A stretch of DNA of 64,000 nt, taken from positions 98,332,001-98,396,000 of the forward strand of contig NC_043006.1 in assembly GCF_006345805.1 (NCBI RefSeq), given 5' to 3'. Below are positions 1 to 11,634 of the stretch, piece by piece (the first letter of the stretch is position 1; every line of letters begins with the position of its first letter). The notes under the pieces were generated by a model that was not told where the DNA came from, did not search any database, and saw only the letters and a list, made by a program, of their open reading frames with translations. The position numbers and the translations under genes were made by a program. This DNA is from Octopus sinensis (Eukaryota).

Positions 1-1730
1 TGCCGTCCTGTCCAGAATGCTCCATGTCACGTTGAAGGGTGGGGCTTCCTTTTCTTTTAGTTCCCAGACATATTTTGCTAGGCTGGTTTTCTTCCTATTC
101 TCTGGGTATTTAAAAGAATTCTTATGAGAATAAAATCTTGTTTTAAATGAATTTTCTGAAGCCCCTGTGTATGTCTTGTATTCCGATGAGCCTCCACTTG
201 CACCTTGGCTCTATAAACTACTCCTTTCACTAGACATTTCCCTTCTAACGGACAGGAGCTTTCGTTTTTGAAATTACATTTCTTAATGGGCTCGGCACCA
301 TGTCTAATCTCAATTAGCTTCCTATTATGTTGGCTAATGTAAGAGGCGAAATTTCTGCAACAAGAATAGCTAACCTTCAGGGTTCTTCTATTAAATATTC
401 TGTAGAATTTATGACCCTGCTTAAAATGCTTAGAGACTAATCTCAAAAATTCCTTACCTATATTAGTCTTTACGGCCAAATTGAAAGCCGGGTTGAACCA
501 CAAAACTTTCCTGGTCCTAGTTCTTCGTGCAGCATTATTATTAGCATTAAGCTGGTTGAACTGGATCTTCTCCGAGAATCCACTATTCTTTAATGCGCTA
601 TCGTAATAAGGTGCAGCATTATGGAATGCTGCCTCGTCCGAAGAAATTGAAGATATTCTTCTACCTACATTGCTGACTAAGTTGCTAAGGATAACTGGTG
701 GATGGTTCGAATCTTTGCTAATATACGATAGCTTTTCATTGGGCTTACGGAAAGGTTTAAATCTATCCGATCTTACATTAAAATTTACGTCTAAAAAATC
801 TACACTATTCAGGTTAGTATCTATCGTAATCCGTAAGCCCATCCTTTGAAAGAAAGCTATAAGGTCCTTCCTAAGTCTATCTGATTCATGGCCGTTTAGA
901 TTATGCGTGGCTATAAGGCCGTCATCCCTATATAGACCTGCATCTATAAATGGGAATTCTATTTTTAGATTATGGAGAATAAAGGCTCCTATGAGCATAC
1001 ATAATTCAGCCCCGTCGTATGCCCCCATCGGTACATCGAAAAGAGAATCCTCAGTCTTCTTAATCCAGGTGGAATCCTCGAAAAACAGAAGCGATTTCCT
1101 CGCATGCATAATAATTTCAATTTCCGAGCTATCGATGTTGACATACTGCTTGGCGAAGTCCAATGCCCTTAGGAGCAACGTCCTAGATATCGACGGGTAA
1201 AAGTCAATAATGTCGAATTGTGTGAAACTACAATTATTCTTATAGCTAATACCTTTAAACCACTCTATAACTGACTTACTATTCTTCCAAATTCTCAAGT
1301 CTACTTCACTATCTAACTTAACTAAAATACGGTCCAAAATATTTTTGCTAATAATTCCTATCTCAGTTTTAGCCGGATTTATCAATCTACATTTGGGGTT
1401 TCTACTAAAATTGTCTTTATGGTCTTTCAGAGTAATAAAAGCTGGTCGTGGTGAAAGGTATTCAATCCTATCGCTAATCTTAAGATCGTTAGCTATTCCT
1501 CTTGCTTCTAAGTTCACCTCTTTGTATATATTCGTGTTGTCTTTTTTGTATGTGTCCGTGACACTATTCGAAATCAGGCGTTTATAAACGTCCTTATCAA
1601 GTGCATATAAGTTCCTTGTCTTGTCAGAATTAACGAAGATCTTATTCGAGTCGTTAATCTCCTTAATTTTTTCTCTCATGTTATTTTGCAATTGGTTGGT
1701 AAATTTGCGGAATTTAATTTTCCTAATTTT
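1..1730 (-). mobile_element. Penelope-like retroelement (Naiad-like), RT + Zn-finger linker + GIY-YIG endonuclease; 5'-truncated, one frameshift, runs off the window
   Basis: ORF 78..1691 has PLE RT motifs (CRLINPAK, FTQFDIIDFYPSI, VPMGAYDGAE, GLYRDDGL), WFNP..VKTNIGKEFL and CNFK..SCPLEGKC..VVYRAKV. A 1-nt shift near 175-197 restores KTYTGASENSFKTRFYSHKNSF..TSLAKYVWELKEK..VTWSIL (GIY-YIG) to position 1. The frame stays open upstream to about 1730 (KIRKIKFRKFTNQLQ). The clade assignment rests on motif recall. Confidence 0.92.
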
Positions 1731-1859
1731 TATATTTTATATATAATATATATATATAATATATATATATATTATATATTATATATTATATAAAATATAA
1801 AAATTTATGAATATAAATTAAAATTTTTTTATTTAAATAACTTAATTTTAAATTTTATA

Positions 1860-2040
1860 TTTTATATATTTTGTATATTATATTAATTATATTTATTTTT
1901 ATGTTTTGGTTTATGTTTTACACTGTTTGATTTACCTAATAGTGGTTTTATCTCTAATTTAATTTATATTTATACTGTGAAATTTGATTTAATCCCTAAT
2001 CTAATTTTTCCCTGTAAGTTTGGATTTGCACCCTAATATT
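1860..2040 (+). repeat. Partial copy (3' part only, no ribozyme core) of short element family H3
   Basis: ctgtttgatttacctaatagtggttttatctctaattt...ccctaatctaatttttccctgtaagtttggatttgcaccctaatatt aligns by eye with 11160-11280 (+) and 11640-11700 (-); ends at a (TA)n run. Confidence 0.6.
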
Positions 2041-2399
2041 ATATATATATATATGCGCATTTATGTATATATATACGTGTACATACATATATACATACAC
2101 ACATACATAATACAAATTCCTTTTTAGATATCTACCGGGATTTATTAGTCACTTTCATCTCTTCTTATACATGTATACACGCATGCATACATACATGCGT
2201 ACACACCCACATCCATACATACTTTTATACATGCATGAACATTTTTAACATACACAAAGGAATATAAATAACTGACCTTTCAATATATTTTATTCAATCT
2301 ATCAGGCAATTTAAATACCCCATCACCATAAGATTTGACTGGTTTTGAAGTACACAAGTTATCCAGATACAACTAAACCGTTAAACCTTTGTCCTTGCA

Positions 2400-3386
2400 A
2401 TGATTTCTATATAGACAAAACAAGTGGGAGTCGGATGGTACAATATCAGGAGAATATAGTGGATGGGGTTAGAAATACCGGCCAAGTACATCTAACTATT
2501 TTCGGGTAGCTAAAGACACGTGTAGGTGGGCATTATCTTGTTGGAACTCTACCCCTTTCCTGTTGGTAATCTCCGCTCTCAGTTCTCTGATATTTTAAAT
2601 TCAAATTAGCTAGCTGAAGACAGTATACCAGAATTAATGGTACGGTTTTGTGGAAGAAACTCCTAATAAATAATGCATTTATGATCCAACCGAACCCAAA
2701 TCATAGCTTTTTGTCATGGATATTCGTCTTTGGTTGCTGTTTTGAGGTATCTTTACGTAAACCCCACGATCTTGAATGCGCTACGTCTTCGTACACAATA
2801 CATGTCACAAACAGAATACCGGTCCATGCAATTATTTTCTGAGCGTTTGTGACAGACCAATACATTATAACGGGCAACGTATCCCAGTTTCATTAGGTGT
2901 TTATGAGCCGTGCTTTTAGAAACTTCCAACTTCTCTGCAAGTTCTCTAGTCGTGTTATTTGTGTTTTCTTCCAATTTTCTCTTCAAAACATCTTCATCCA
3001 ATTTTGAAGTTCTTCCACTGAAACAGTTATCTTCCAAGTTCAACAGTCCAGCATTAAATTTTGTAAACTACCTTTGAACATTTGACTCACCTACAGAATC
3101 ATAACCATAAACTTCACAAATGTTTTTGCAAGTCTGTGGTACTTTCTCCTTTTTTTTAATAAACAAATATTCTACAGCGTGAATATGAGATTGTCCGCTA
3201 TCCATTTCAAATGTCAGTAACGGGTAACTAGAATGAACGATATATCTATGTTTAGTGAAGGACAAAGAAGAAATGCACTACCACTGCACGCAACACCAAA
3301 GTTTTAACTATGTTATGATTCAGGCGTGTTCAATGAAGCGTTCAAAGATTTAGCCTAAAAACGCTGAGAACTTTCCGGACAACCTA
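2400..3386 (-). mobile_element. Decayed mariner transposon (transposase pseudogene with one TIR)
   Basis: Fragments KEKVPQTCKNICEVYG, LEDNCFSGRTSKLDEDVLK..TTRELAEKLEVSKSTAHKHL and YSPDIVPSDSHLF (2418-2460); TIR-like TAGGTTGTCCGGAAAGTTC on minus at 3368-3386 beside (TA)n; many stops and frameshifts. Confidence 0.78.
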
Positions 3387-3388
3387 TA

Positions 3389-3433
<45 letters not shown>

Positions 3434-3436
<3 letters not shown>

Positions 3437-3840
3437 AGTGGCTGTGTGGTAAGTAGCTTGCTAACCAACCACATGGTTCCGGGTTCGGTCGCACTGCGTG
3501 GCACCTTGGGCAAGTGTCTTCTACTATAGTCTCGGGCCGACCAAAGCCTTGTGAGTGGATTTGGTAGACGGAAACTGAAAGAAGCTTGTCGTATATATTA
3601 TATATATATATGTGTGTGTGTGTGTATGTGTTTGTGTGTCTGTCTTTGTCCCCCTAGCATTGCTTGACAACCGATGCTGGTGTGTTTACGTCCCCGTAAC
3701 TTAGTGGTTCAGCAAAAGAGACCGATAGAATAAGTACTGGGCTTACAAAGAATAAGCCCCGGGGTCGATTTGCTCGACTAAAGGCGGTGCTCCAGCATGG
3801 CCGCAGTCAAATGACTGAAACAAGTAAAAGAGTAAAAAAG
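3434..3840 (+). mobile_element. tRNA-derived SINE family A, copy 1
   Basis: Head with A/B-box-like TGGCTGTGTGG and GGTTC; CORE-like ccttgggcaagtgtctt; internal TA/TG microsatellite; tail ggcggtgctccagcatggccgcagtcaaatgactgaaacaagtaaaaga; six similar copies in the window. Confidence 0.9.
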
Positions 3841-3878
<38 letters not shown>

Positions 3879-4091
3879 ATATATATATATGTAGATGAGT
3901 GTATTTTTACCTTGTTAACATTTAACACGGAAAAATAGATAAATAGTTACCAGGGTAGCAAAATATCACACAAGTAAAGAGGTTGTAACTCCTTGTTTTT
4001 GAAGGTAGAAACTTCAGGTTTACATGGAACTTTTTGTATAATATATAAATAAATGAATGAAGTTTAACGCAGGTATAATTCAAATACTTTT

Positions 4092-4179
4092 ACTTCCGAC
4101 ACATGTTTCGAAGATATCACAGATATTATTCCAAAGGAATAAATGGTGGAAAGCAATGTAATCTTCTCTTCAGGGAAGT
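4092..4179 (-). ncRNA. Type I hammerhead ribozyme motif (family H1)
   Basis: Minus strand: ACUUCC-CUGAAGA-GAAGAU...AUCUUC-GAAAC-AUGU-GUC/GGAAGU. Full core, 6-bp stem I, 6-bp stem II base with a long insert, minimal stem III, GUC cleavage triplet. Confidence 0.78.
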
Positions 4180-4599
4180 GAAGAAATGAAACTCGTCAAT
4201 AAGACATTCTAACAGAAAATGGTTACAGAAATGCTAGTCTTAAAGTGTAAGTAAATAGTTTTCATATAGCTACTTTACTGCTAACCCCATAATATATTCA
4301 AAACGATCCTCTAACACACAAGCACAACTCCACTGCATTCTCCGTCCCTTCTGTCCAACCAACATTATTTACTGAATACTACTAACATCAAAATTTCAAT
4401 ACTACAATTAGATTGCTCTCTAATGACTAGTACGTATAGAACTCTCCTGGCACCTACAATCTATAAAAGCGAAAATGAAATATGTTATTTCTGCCCACGA
4501 CCATCACACTTCATTCATTTTAACAACGACCTCTTCAGTTTAGCAAGCATCAGCATCCACACTTAGGTGGATTATCAATATTCCTGCCATTAGAAACTC

Positions 4600-5260
4600 A
4601 CTTGTATAAGCATCAGTATTATGCAATCCACGCGTCTCGTGGTAATTCCTCATGGAGAGCTTGTAAGGCGTTTGTGAATGTATTCTCCAATAGGGTCCGG
4701 TCATTACAGCACTTCCAACATCTCAAAGACACAACTAATACTCATATAAACAAAATATAATTGCACTACACATATCTTAATCAGGAATACGCAATGAAAC
4801 TAGAACCCTCACAAAGTTTTTAAATGCTATACACCCTAGTCGCTATCATTTGTGATCACACATGGAGAAACCTTAAATATTTCTAGCACTGCAGCGCAAA
4901 GTCTGGTGCTTCGCTTCAGACGCAGAAAATACTGTATTCCTCAATCATTTCTGGCTCTTGAGAATGTTTGGGTGATACCATTTTGCAGCATTACTCCCAC
5001 ATTGGGAGTTGTACTGCTGCTGTAACTTCAGACATTCTATTCCAGCTGATTGAAGGACAAGGCTATAGAACTTATACCAAATAAGTTCATCACAGATGGA
5101 CACCTGACGTTCTTTTTCCCATCGTACCAACTCTCCACTCCTCTTATTTTGTAACAATGACCTCTGTTGCTACAATTTAGCTGGTCTTGTACCATTCAAA
5201 CGCAGGCACCTCTGACTTACTCGTATCATTTTAGCCACTACATTAACGACTTTACGAGTA
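4600..5260 (-). pseudogene. Heavily decayed RTE-clade LINE reverse transcriptase remnant
   Basis: Broken-frame peptides VVAKMIR, EEWR and LQALHEELPRDAWIA resemble RTE RT segments (VVAEMLK, EEWR..NYRGIKL, LQA..EEF...PWELLYADD); manual translation only. Confidence 0.4.
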
Positions 5261-8200
5261 TGTGATGAAAATTGCCTGGCTTTGCGTAGGAAAAAAAGAG
5301 AGGATGATCAGTTGATGATGATTTTATTCAACATATACTCCTCTCAGATTCACACAGTGATTGCAGCGGTGTAAAAGCGTTAGCCTTAAAGCCAGGCAAT
5401 TGTATGCATTCTTCCTACTCTACATTCTTCTAAAACCTCGCTGCACTGCAATATACACTCACCATTTTTTACCCGTCGTATTCAACATCAGACACTTAAA
5501 ATGCAGAATTAACAACTACAATATCACGCGTCCCGCTAAAAACTATGAAGATTACTAAGACTATCCTTGTCTCCAAACTCAGACGCACACACCCCAAATC
5601 GGTGTATTCAATTATACTCTTGTATGATAAATTCAAAAGTAGCCTCCTAAAAGAGCTTCAATCTATCACTAATTTTCTTCGATCCTAGACTTTACCTCAT
5701 ATCATAACTTAGCATATAAATTTGTGTCTATCGTCAAGTAAATATTGCTAGAGAGTATATCAAACATATAGCATGTATTTTTACAGAATCTAATCTCTTC
5801 ATAAAAAATCATGTAAATTATCAGTTGAATTAAAGCTAATTAGTATTAGCTGTATTTGCACATAAGCAATAATTACATTTGACCAGCAGAAGTAATTAGC
5901 CATGGTCAGTGCCAATAGCATATTTACTACATAACAAATGTATTATTGAGTTACTTTACATAACAAGAACGTTATTTTAGCTTCCGCTTCTCGGTTTTGC
6001 ACAAAATGACATAGCAATAATTTCAATTGGATCTCTGTAACAAATATCAATCAATTCTCTAACAAATATCAAGACTGGACAACCAATTTTATTTGGCATT
6101 AGTGCATTCAATATTTTCCTCTCAGTATATAATCTTTGTCGTCTGAGCTGGAAGATGTTTCCTAATATATTTGTAAAAAGAAAATTTAGATATAATCAAC
6201 TGAATATATGATTGAAAATAGCGATGTTAATAATAACAGTCAATTGTTTCAAATGAGTATTGTTATCATCAAACATATCCTACACAAGAGACGTCGTTTG
6301 TAATAACAATAATAAATATAAAATATCGCATATTTTAGGCAGGATTGTGCGAACGCAGTGACTGAAGCAGGAAACGAGTACTGAGAGTACAATAGATAAA
6401 TATATTATAAATAACCAAGTTTTGAACACATAGATCGATTGTATGATAGTGATAGGCGATATGCAATGAACATATGGCTACGTTACTCGATTGCAGTAGA
6501 AATAGTTTTCTTTAATCTATGAAGTGAATTGCATTTCATCTATGTAGTTCTATATTCGTCCATTGTCACATGTCAAAAATATCCTGCCATTTCCAGAGAT
6601 ATATTACGCAGGTTGTAGAGTTGTAGTTTGTGCTTCGTGTAAATCAAATGCTATGTTAGTCGATGTTAAGGAGGCCTAGAATTGACAAAACAAATATTTT
6701 AGTCTTGAAAGTTAAGAAAGATGAACATAACTGCAAATATAATGAACCAACAGACAGGATAATGGATTAAATAGCACTTATACATTTGATTAATTGCTAT
6801 TAATTAAGCCTCATAAATTTTCCTTTTCTCAGCATGCTGTAGATACACTAGTAGTGAAAAATTAATAAATTTTAATGATTCATGAGGAACTGTTTCACTG
6901 GAAAATGATAATGAGTATTTACCATACAATATATTAAAGTTTCAAAGGAAAGCCTATGATTGATTGATTTCTGTACAAGTCATTGCTTCATTTACGATTA
7001 TTCTTCACGAATAGAAAACAAAAGATTCTAATTAATGAAGCAGATAAACCAACTACGGACTATTACTTCTATCGAGATGTGTATGAATCGAAATAAACAT
7101 TCTGGCATTTTCAGCGTTCTCAATTAAAATGCTGTGAACTAGTTTTGCTAGGGTATTTGAGGTGAACATAATTTAAAGCAAAGGGATCCATTCACAATCT
7201 TCATAAACCTGTACAACAAACATTGTAAGAACAATCGGATTAGCAGAAAAAAGCATTAAGAATATGATGCACATACAAGTCACTTAATTAAAATTTCGTA
7301 GCGGTTAGCTACATTAGACATGATAACACAAACGTCATACTGCTAAGAGCAGATCATTTGCCATAAATGTAAACATTGCTATATGGCTTCAACACATTAC
7401 CGATCATTCGCCTTGTACTGAAAGAAATGGGATAATGTAACCATTTATAAAATTAAGAACAAATTTATTAGTGCATATTCTCTGTCATACTTTCAATCAC
7501 TCATATACATATCTTGAGAGATACCATACAAAACCAATCATTAAGGTATCTTCGGCGCATTTACCTTCTCGTTTGACCTGATTCCAAAAGCAGTCAAAAC
7601 TTCCGTAAACCGTACACCTCCACTGAAAAGAGTAAAACAGTTGAATAAGTAAAATTTCAATGAAAATTATACCCCAAGGGAATGTATCGAATATTCTTTT
7701 ATATAGGATTTCCTATTTCAGGTCAACCAAGGACGAACATTCAACTAAAGGATGATAATTTCTTTGTCATAGTGTTCAACCAAACTCTACTAGACACATC
7801 TTAACAGGTTAGTTTCAGTACGTAAGAAACATGCAGATTTTCATAAGATTAGAAATAAGCAAACTAAAACAATTTTCTTTAATCACACCAACTGCTCATA
7901 TTCAAACACTAATATTACAATCAATAATTAAAGAAAGAAATTATTATTTAACATCGTCATATCTTCCTGCCGTCGTTTATCGTTTATAGATATAAGCAGT
8001 AAACTATACATATATTTCTCTCTCTCTCTCTCTCGTTCAGCGTATACGCACGCATGGATGCATTTACACACGCATGTACACACACATTATTATATATCTG
8101 TTTGTCTCAGCTTCATGTAACTTAAATCTTCGTACCAGAAAGCTTCTAGATGTTACACCAGTATTCCTTAATTCAGTTTACCTGATGTAAATCCCCATGT

Positions 8201-8270
8201 ACGAGAAAGAGTCAATTAATATTACAGTATTAGAATAGGATGAGCACTTCAAATAATTTAGTCCTACATA

Positions 8271-8670
8271 GTGAACACACGGAGCAACCGTTGGCTTCTG
8301 ATAATTTTTGCGATCACATCACCCATAACATCTGGCCACCCGACACCCCAGACTGCCACCTTCTTGGTTGTTATGTGTGGGCGCAGTTGCGTGAGAGACC
8401 AAAAAACTCCTTCTGACACCCAAAATGAACTTAAGGCAAAGTTTATGGCAGTATAAACCAACTTAAACAAGGAGGCCCTCCCGAAGCATTGCAGGAGATT
8501 CCAGAGACATTTGGAGCCTGTGGTTGATGCGAAAGGTGATTTAACTGAATAACGTTACTCTTTAAGCATTTCAAGATAATTTTATGTAATTTTGGTAAAT
8601 ATATGCTAAAATAGGTGTCAGTGTCATTTTCATTTCTGTGTAATTGAGACGACAATGTATTCACCGCACC

Positions 8671-8673
<3 letters not shown>
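8271..8673 (+). mobile_element. 3' fragment of a maT/DD37D-like Tc1-mariner element with its 3' TIR
   Basis: + strand reads NIWPPDTPDCHLLGCYVW..RETKKTPSDTQNELKAKFMAV..LNKEALPKHCRRFQRHLEPVVDAKGDLTE*; ends gacgacaatgtattcaccgcaccctg|TA. Confidence 0.8.
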
Positions 8674-8704
<31 letters not shown>

Positions 8705-8734
8705 GGTGCTGTAAATATATTGTCGTTACGCAAA

Positions 8735-8940
8735 ATGTAACCACAGTCAATGGCTGGCGAATGTCTTTCCTCCGTCTTCCTTTTCTATTGGATTCTCCTC
8801 TGTTTCTGAAGAAGAGCTTTGCTCGAAACGTTTAACCTTCTTTCTTTCCTTCCCTGATCTTCTGCTAATAGTTTACATGTACCACATCCTCGCGTTGTTA
8901 TTTCTTTGCGATTATTCTTAGTTGTTTGGGATTTAGCATA
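8735..8940 (+). mobile_element. Short non-coding element family H2, copy 1, with a hammerhead motif at 8802-8837
   Basis: GUUU-CUGAAGA-A-GAGC(UUU)GCUC-GAAAC-GUU/UAAC; flanks (ctccgtcttcc, ccacatcctcgcgttgtt) shared with 11305-11520. Confidence 0.65.
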
Positions 8941-10799
8941 TATCTACATACTAAGTCAGTGATACAGTTGCGTGAGAATTCGTTTGACGTTTGTAAATAA
9001 TAAAGTATGCAAATATAGTGCAAATATATTTATAATTTCAGAGATCATGACTTTTAAAATTTCCTAGGTGTATAACGTACATATATATTGAAAGTGGGTG
9101 TATGTGAGTATAAATCAGCATGATGATAGAATTTTAGTGCGAAATAGAGGAAATAAAAATATGTAAATTAAATTTAATCTGTATGAAATGGATTTCGAAT
9201 TTTCAGGAGAATGTGTTAAAAATATTTACAGGCAGATGTAAATATCATACTGACATATCAAATTCTGATTTGACCCGATATCGAATTTTTATGGAAGAGT
9301 AAACCAAACAAAATAAAAAGAAGAAAGCATTAAAAACTAAACACATTTCTCATTTCATACTTTTCGTATTTTATAGTTGACATTGGAAAAATATATTCTG
9401 TTAACAATATTAGCTATTCGTCTCAGATGCCAGTACAATCATATGATTTGTCAAGCTAAATCAAAAATATTTGAAGTGAAAACAGGCTTTTACTGTTACT
9501 GTATTTAAAAAAAAATAATGCATCTGATAAACAACGAATTCAGAGAAAAAAAACTATTTCATAACAGTAGTAATGTGAATTGATTTCAAACCAATAAAAC
9601 GTTCCACCTGAAACAGATTGAAAGTCGTTTATATTACAACGTGGCTCTAGGAATGTTGAGCATTGCACAAAAGCATTAGATTTGTAGAATATTGGAAACT
9701 CTCTCAATATTTATCAAACTTATCACCCGATAAAACATTGAGAAATTACCATTGAGAGATTATCATGTAGATAGGCAATATTATTTAAGTAGTTACCGGT
9801 TGTTATTGATTCTTCTTCTCGAATTCAAAACGTATTCAGTTTAGTTTTCTTTGGACAAAGCTAAAAATATTTCAGTTCAATGTTTTTCTACAAATCAGCA
9901 GGAGTGTCTGATTTTTGTTTCATATTGCATCTCGGCGAGGCATTTGCTCCACAGTTTGTGTCAGTCATTTAAGCTTGTGCAGGCGAAGCTGTACGTCAAT
10001 CTACGGGGAACCACTTTGACTCTGTCGGTAGCGATTCGCAACAGAGTTCACGCAATATTGAATGTTTCGGCCATCATATAATGGCAAATTAGGTACCGCA
10101 TTAAATCAGTTAAATAGTAAATAACTAGAGAAATGGTCATAAAGTACCAAAGTATATATTTACAAATCTAAATTCAAAGGGCAAGACCAACTTATTACAA
10201 ATTATAATTCTTTTATTTTAGACACCACTCAAGTTAATCGCAAAAATAACGTTGTGCCAAGTAACAAGTTAGATACGATAGCTATTTGTAGCTGGGAATT
10301 ATAGATAAATATTCATCAAATTAAACATGTTTCAAAAGACAAGAAGACTATAATAAACAAAGAGAGCCCTATGTGCATTAGTATTACCGTATCAGAATAG
10401 GAAGAGCACTTCAAATAATTTAGTCCTACATACAATATAGGTACATCCATCACAATAATCAGAAAGCAATATGCAATTTCGTATGATTATTACAGTATAA
10501 TTAGAGTGATGTTCAAAACACACCGCTACACCATGGGGCATCTCTAATAATTTGAAAATTTCAAAGAACTTCAGTATCTTTCACATCGAAAGGATATAGG
10601 TTACTGGAACCATAACAACGCCAAATTAAATGTTTATTTCCGGTTGTATTTCTACAAGCTTTGCTTACAAATATCCCATTGAGCCTTAAGAAACTTAAAT
10701 ACACACGCACGTGCGCGAAGACACACACATACACGCGCCTGCGTTTATATATATATTTAAAAAAATATATATATATTTATACATACATACATACATATA

Positions 10800-11280
10800 T
10801 ATATATGTTGTTTTTTTGGTTTTTGTACATTTTTAAATATGAGAACTTTTATAATAGTTTTTTATATTCAATTGTTTATAGGGTTTATTTTAGATTATTT
10901 TAGATTATATATTGATTATATATAGATTATATATAGATTATATATAGATTATATTTTTATTTTTTTACATTCTTTCATTGATAATTTTATTGTTTTATTA
11001 TTTTAAATTATTTTAAATTATTTTAAATTATATTTTAAAATATTGCTATTTTTAGATCGAAAATCCACCTGAAGATTGTCGGAGCAGACATGAAACATTT
11101 GTAGTGGCGGTTTATTTAATTTATATTAAAATTTTATGTATTGATTAAGTATTTCCTTGTTTAGTTTTAAAATAGTGGTTTTGTCTCGAATTATATTATA
11201 TAATATTTTAATATAAATTGGATTTAACCCTAAATCTGATTTTTCCCTGTAATTTTGGATTCATTCCCTAATATTTATTA
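10800..11280 (+). mobile_element. Short AT-rich element family H3, copy 1, with a hammerhead motif at 11065-11107
   Basis: CCAC-CUGAAGA-U-UGUC(GGAGCA)GACA-U-GAAACAUUUGUA/GUGG; the element aligns in reverse with 11635-12135; both ends lie at (TA)n. Confidence 0.68.
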
Positions 11281-11304
11281 TTATATATATATATATATAT
11301 TTCA

Positions 11305-11520
11305 AAATGTGACCGCGTGTGTACCGTTGGCGACTTTTTTGCTCCGTCTTCCCTTCTTTGCATCTTTCCTTTTTCTGTGTTTCTGACGAAGAGCTCCGCT
11401 CGAAACGTTAAACCCCCCTTCGTTCATTCTTTCCTGAGCGTCCAATAATGCTATATTTGTCCCACATCCTCGCGTTGTTGTGTTTTCTCCTTGTGTTTTC
11501 ATGTTTGGATTAACTTTATA
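11305..11520 (+). mobile_element. Short non-coding element family H2, copy 2, with a hammerhead motif at 11379-11413
   Basis: GUUU-CUGACGA-A-GAGC(UCC)GCUC-GAAAC-GUU/AAAC with a perfect 4-bp stem I; bounded on both sides by (TA)n. Confidence 0.72.
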
Positions 11521-11576
11521 TACATATATGCATACATACATACAAATATATATATATATAGATATATGTATGTATC

Positions 11577-11633
<57 letters not shown>

Positions 11634-11634
11634 A

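Noticed and set aside
907-1587. + strand ORFs of 97 and 80 aa
   Set aside because: Antisense shadows of the PLE ORF.
3434-3510. tRNA-like heads with A and B boxes (also in SINE families B and C)
   Set aside because: No complete cloverleaf or acceptor stem is evident and each continues into a SINE body; these are SINE heads, not tRNA genes.
10890-11040. Short tandem arrays (TAGATTATATA)n and (TTATTTTAAA)n; also (CATACAACTA)n at 37770-37815
   Set aside because: Simple slippage minisatellites without unique spacers; not CRISPR-like.
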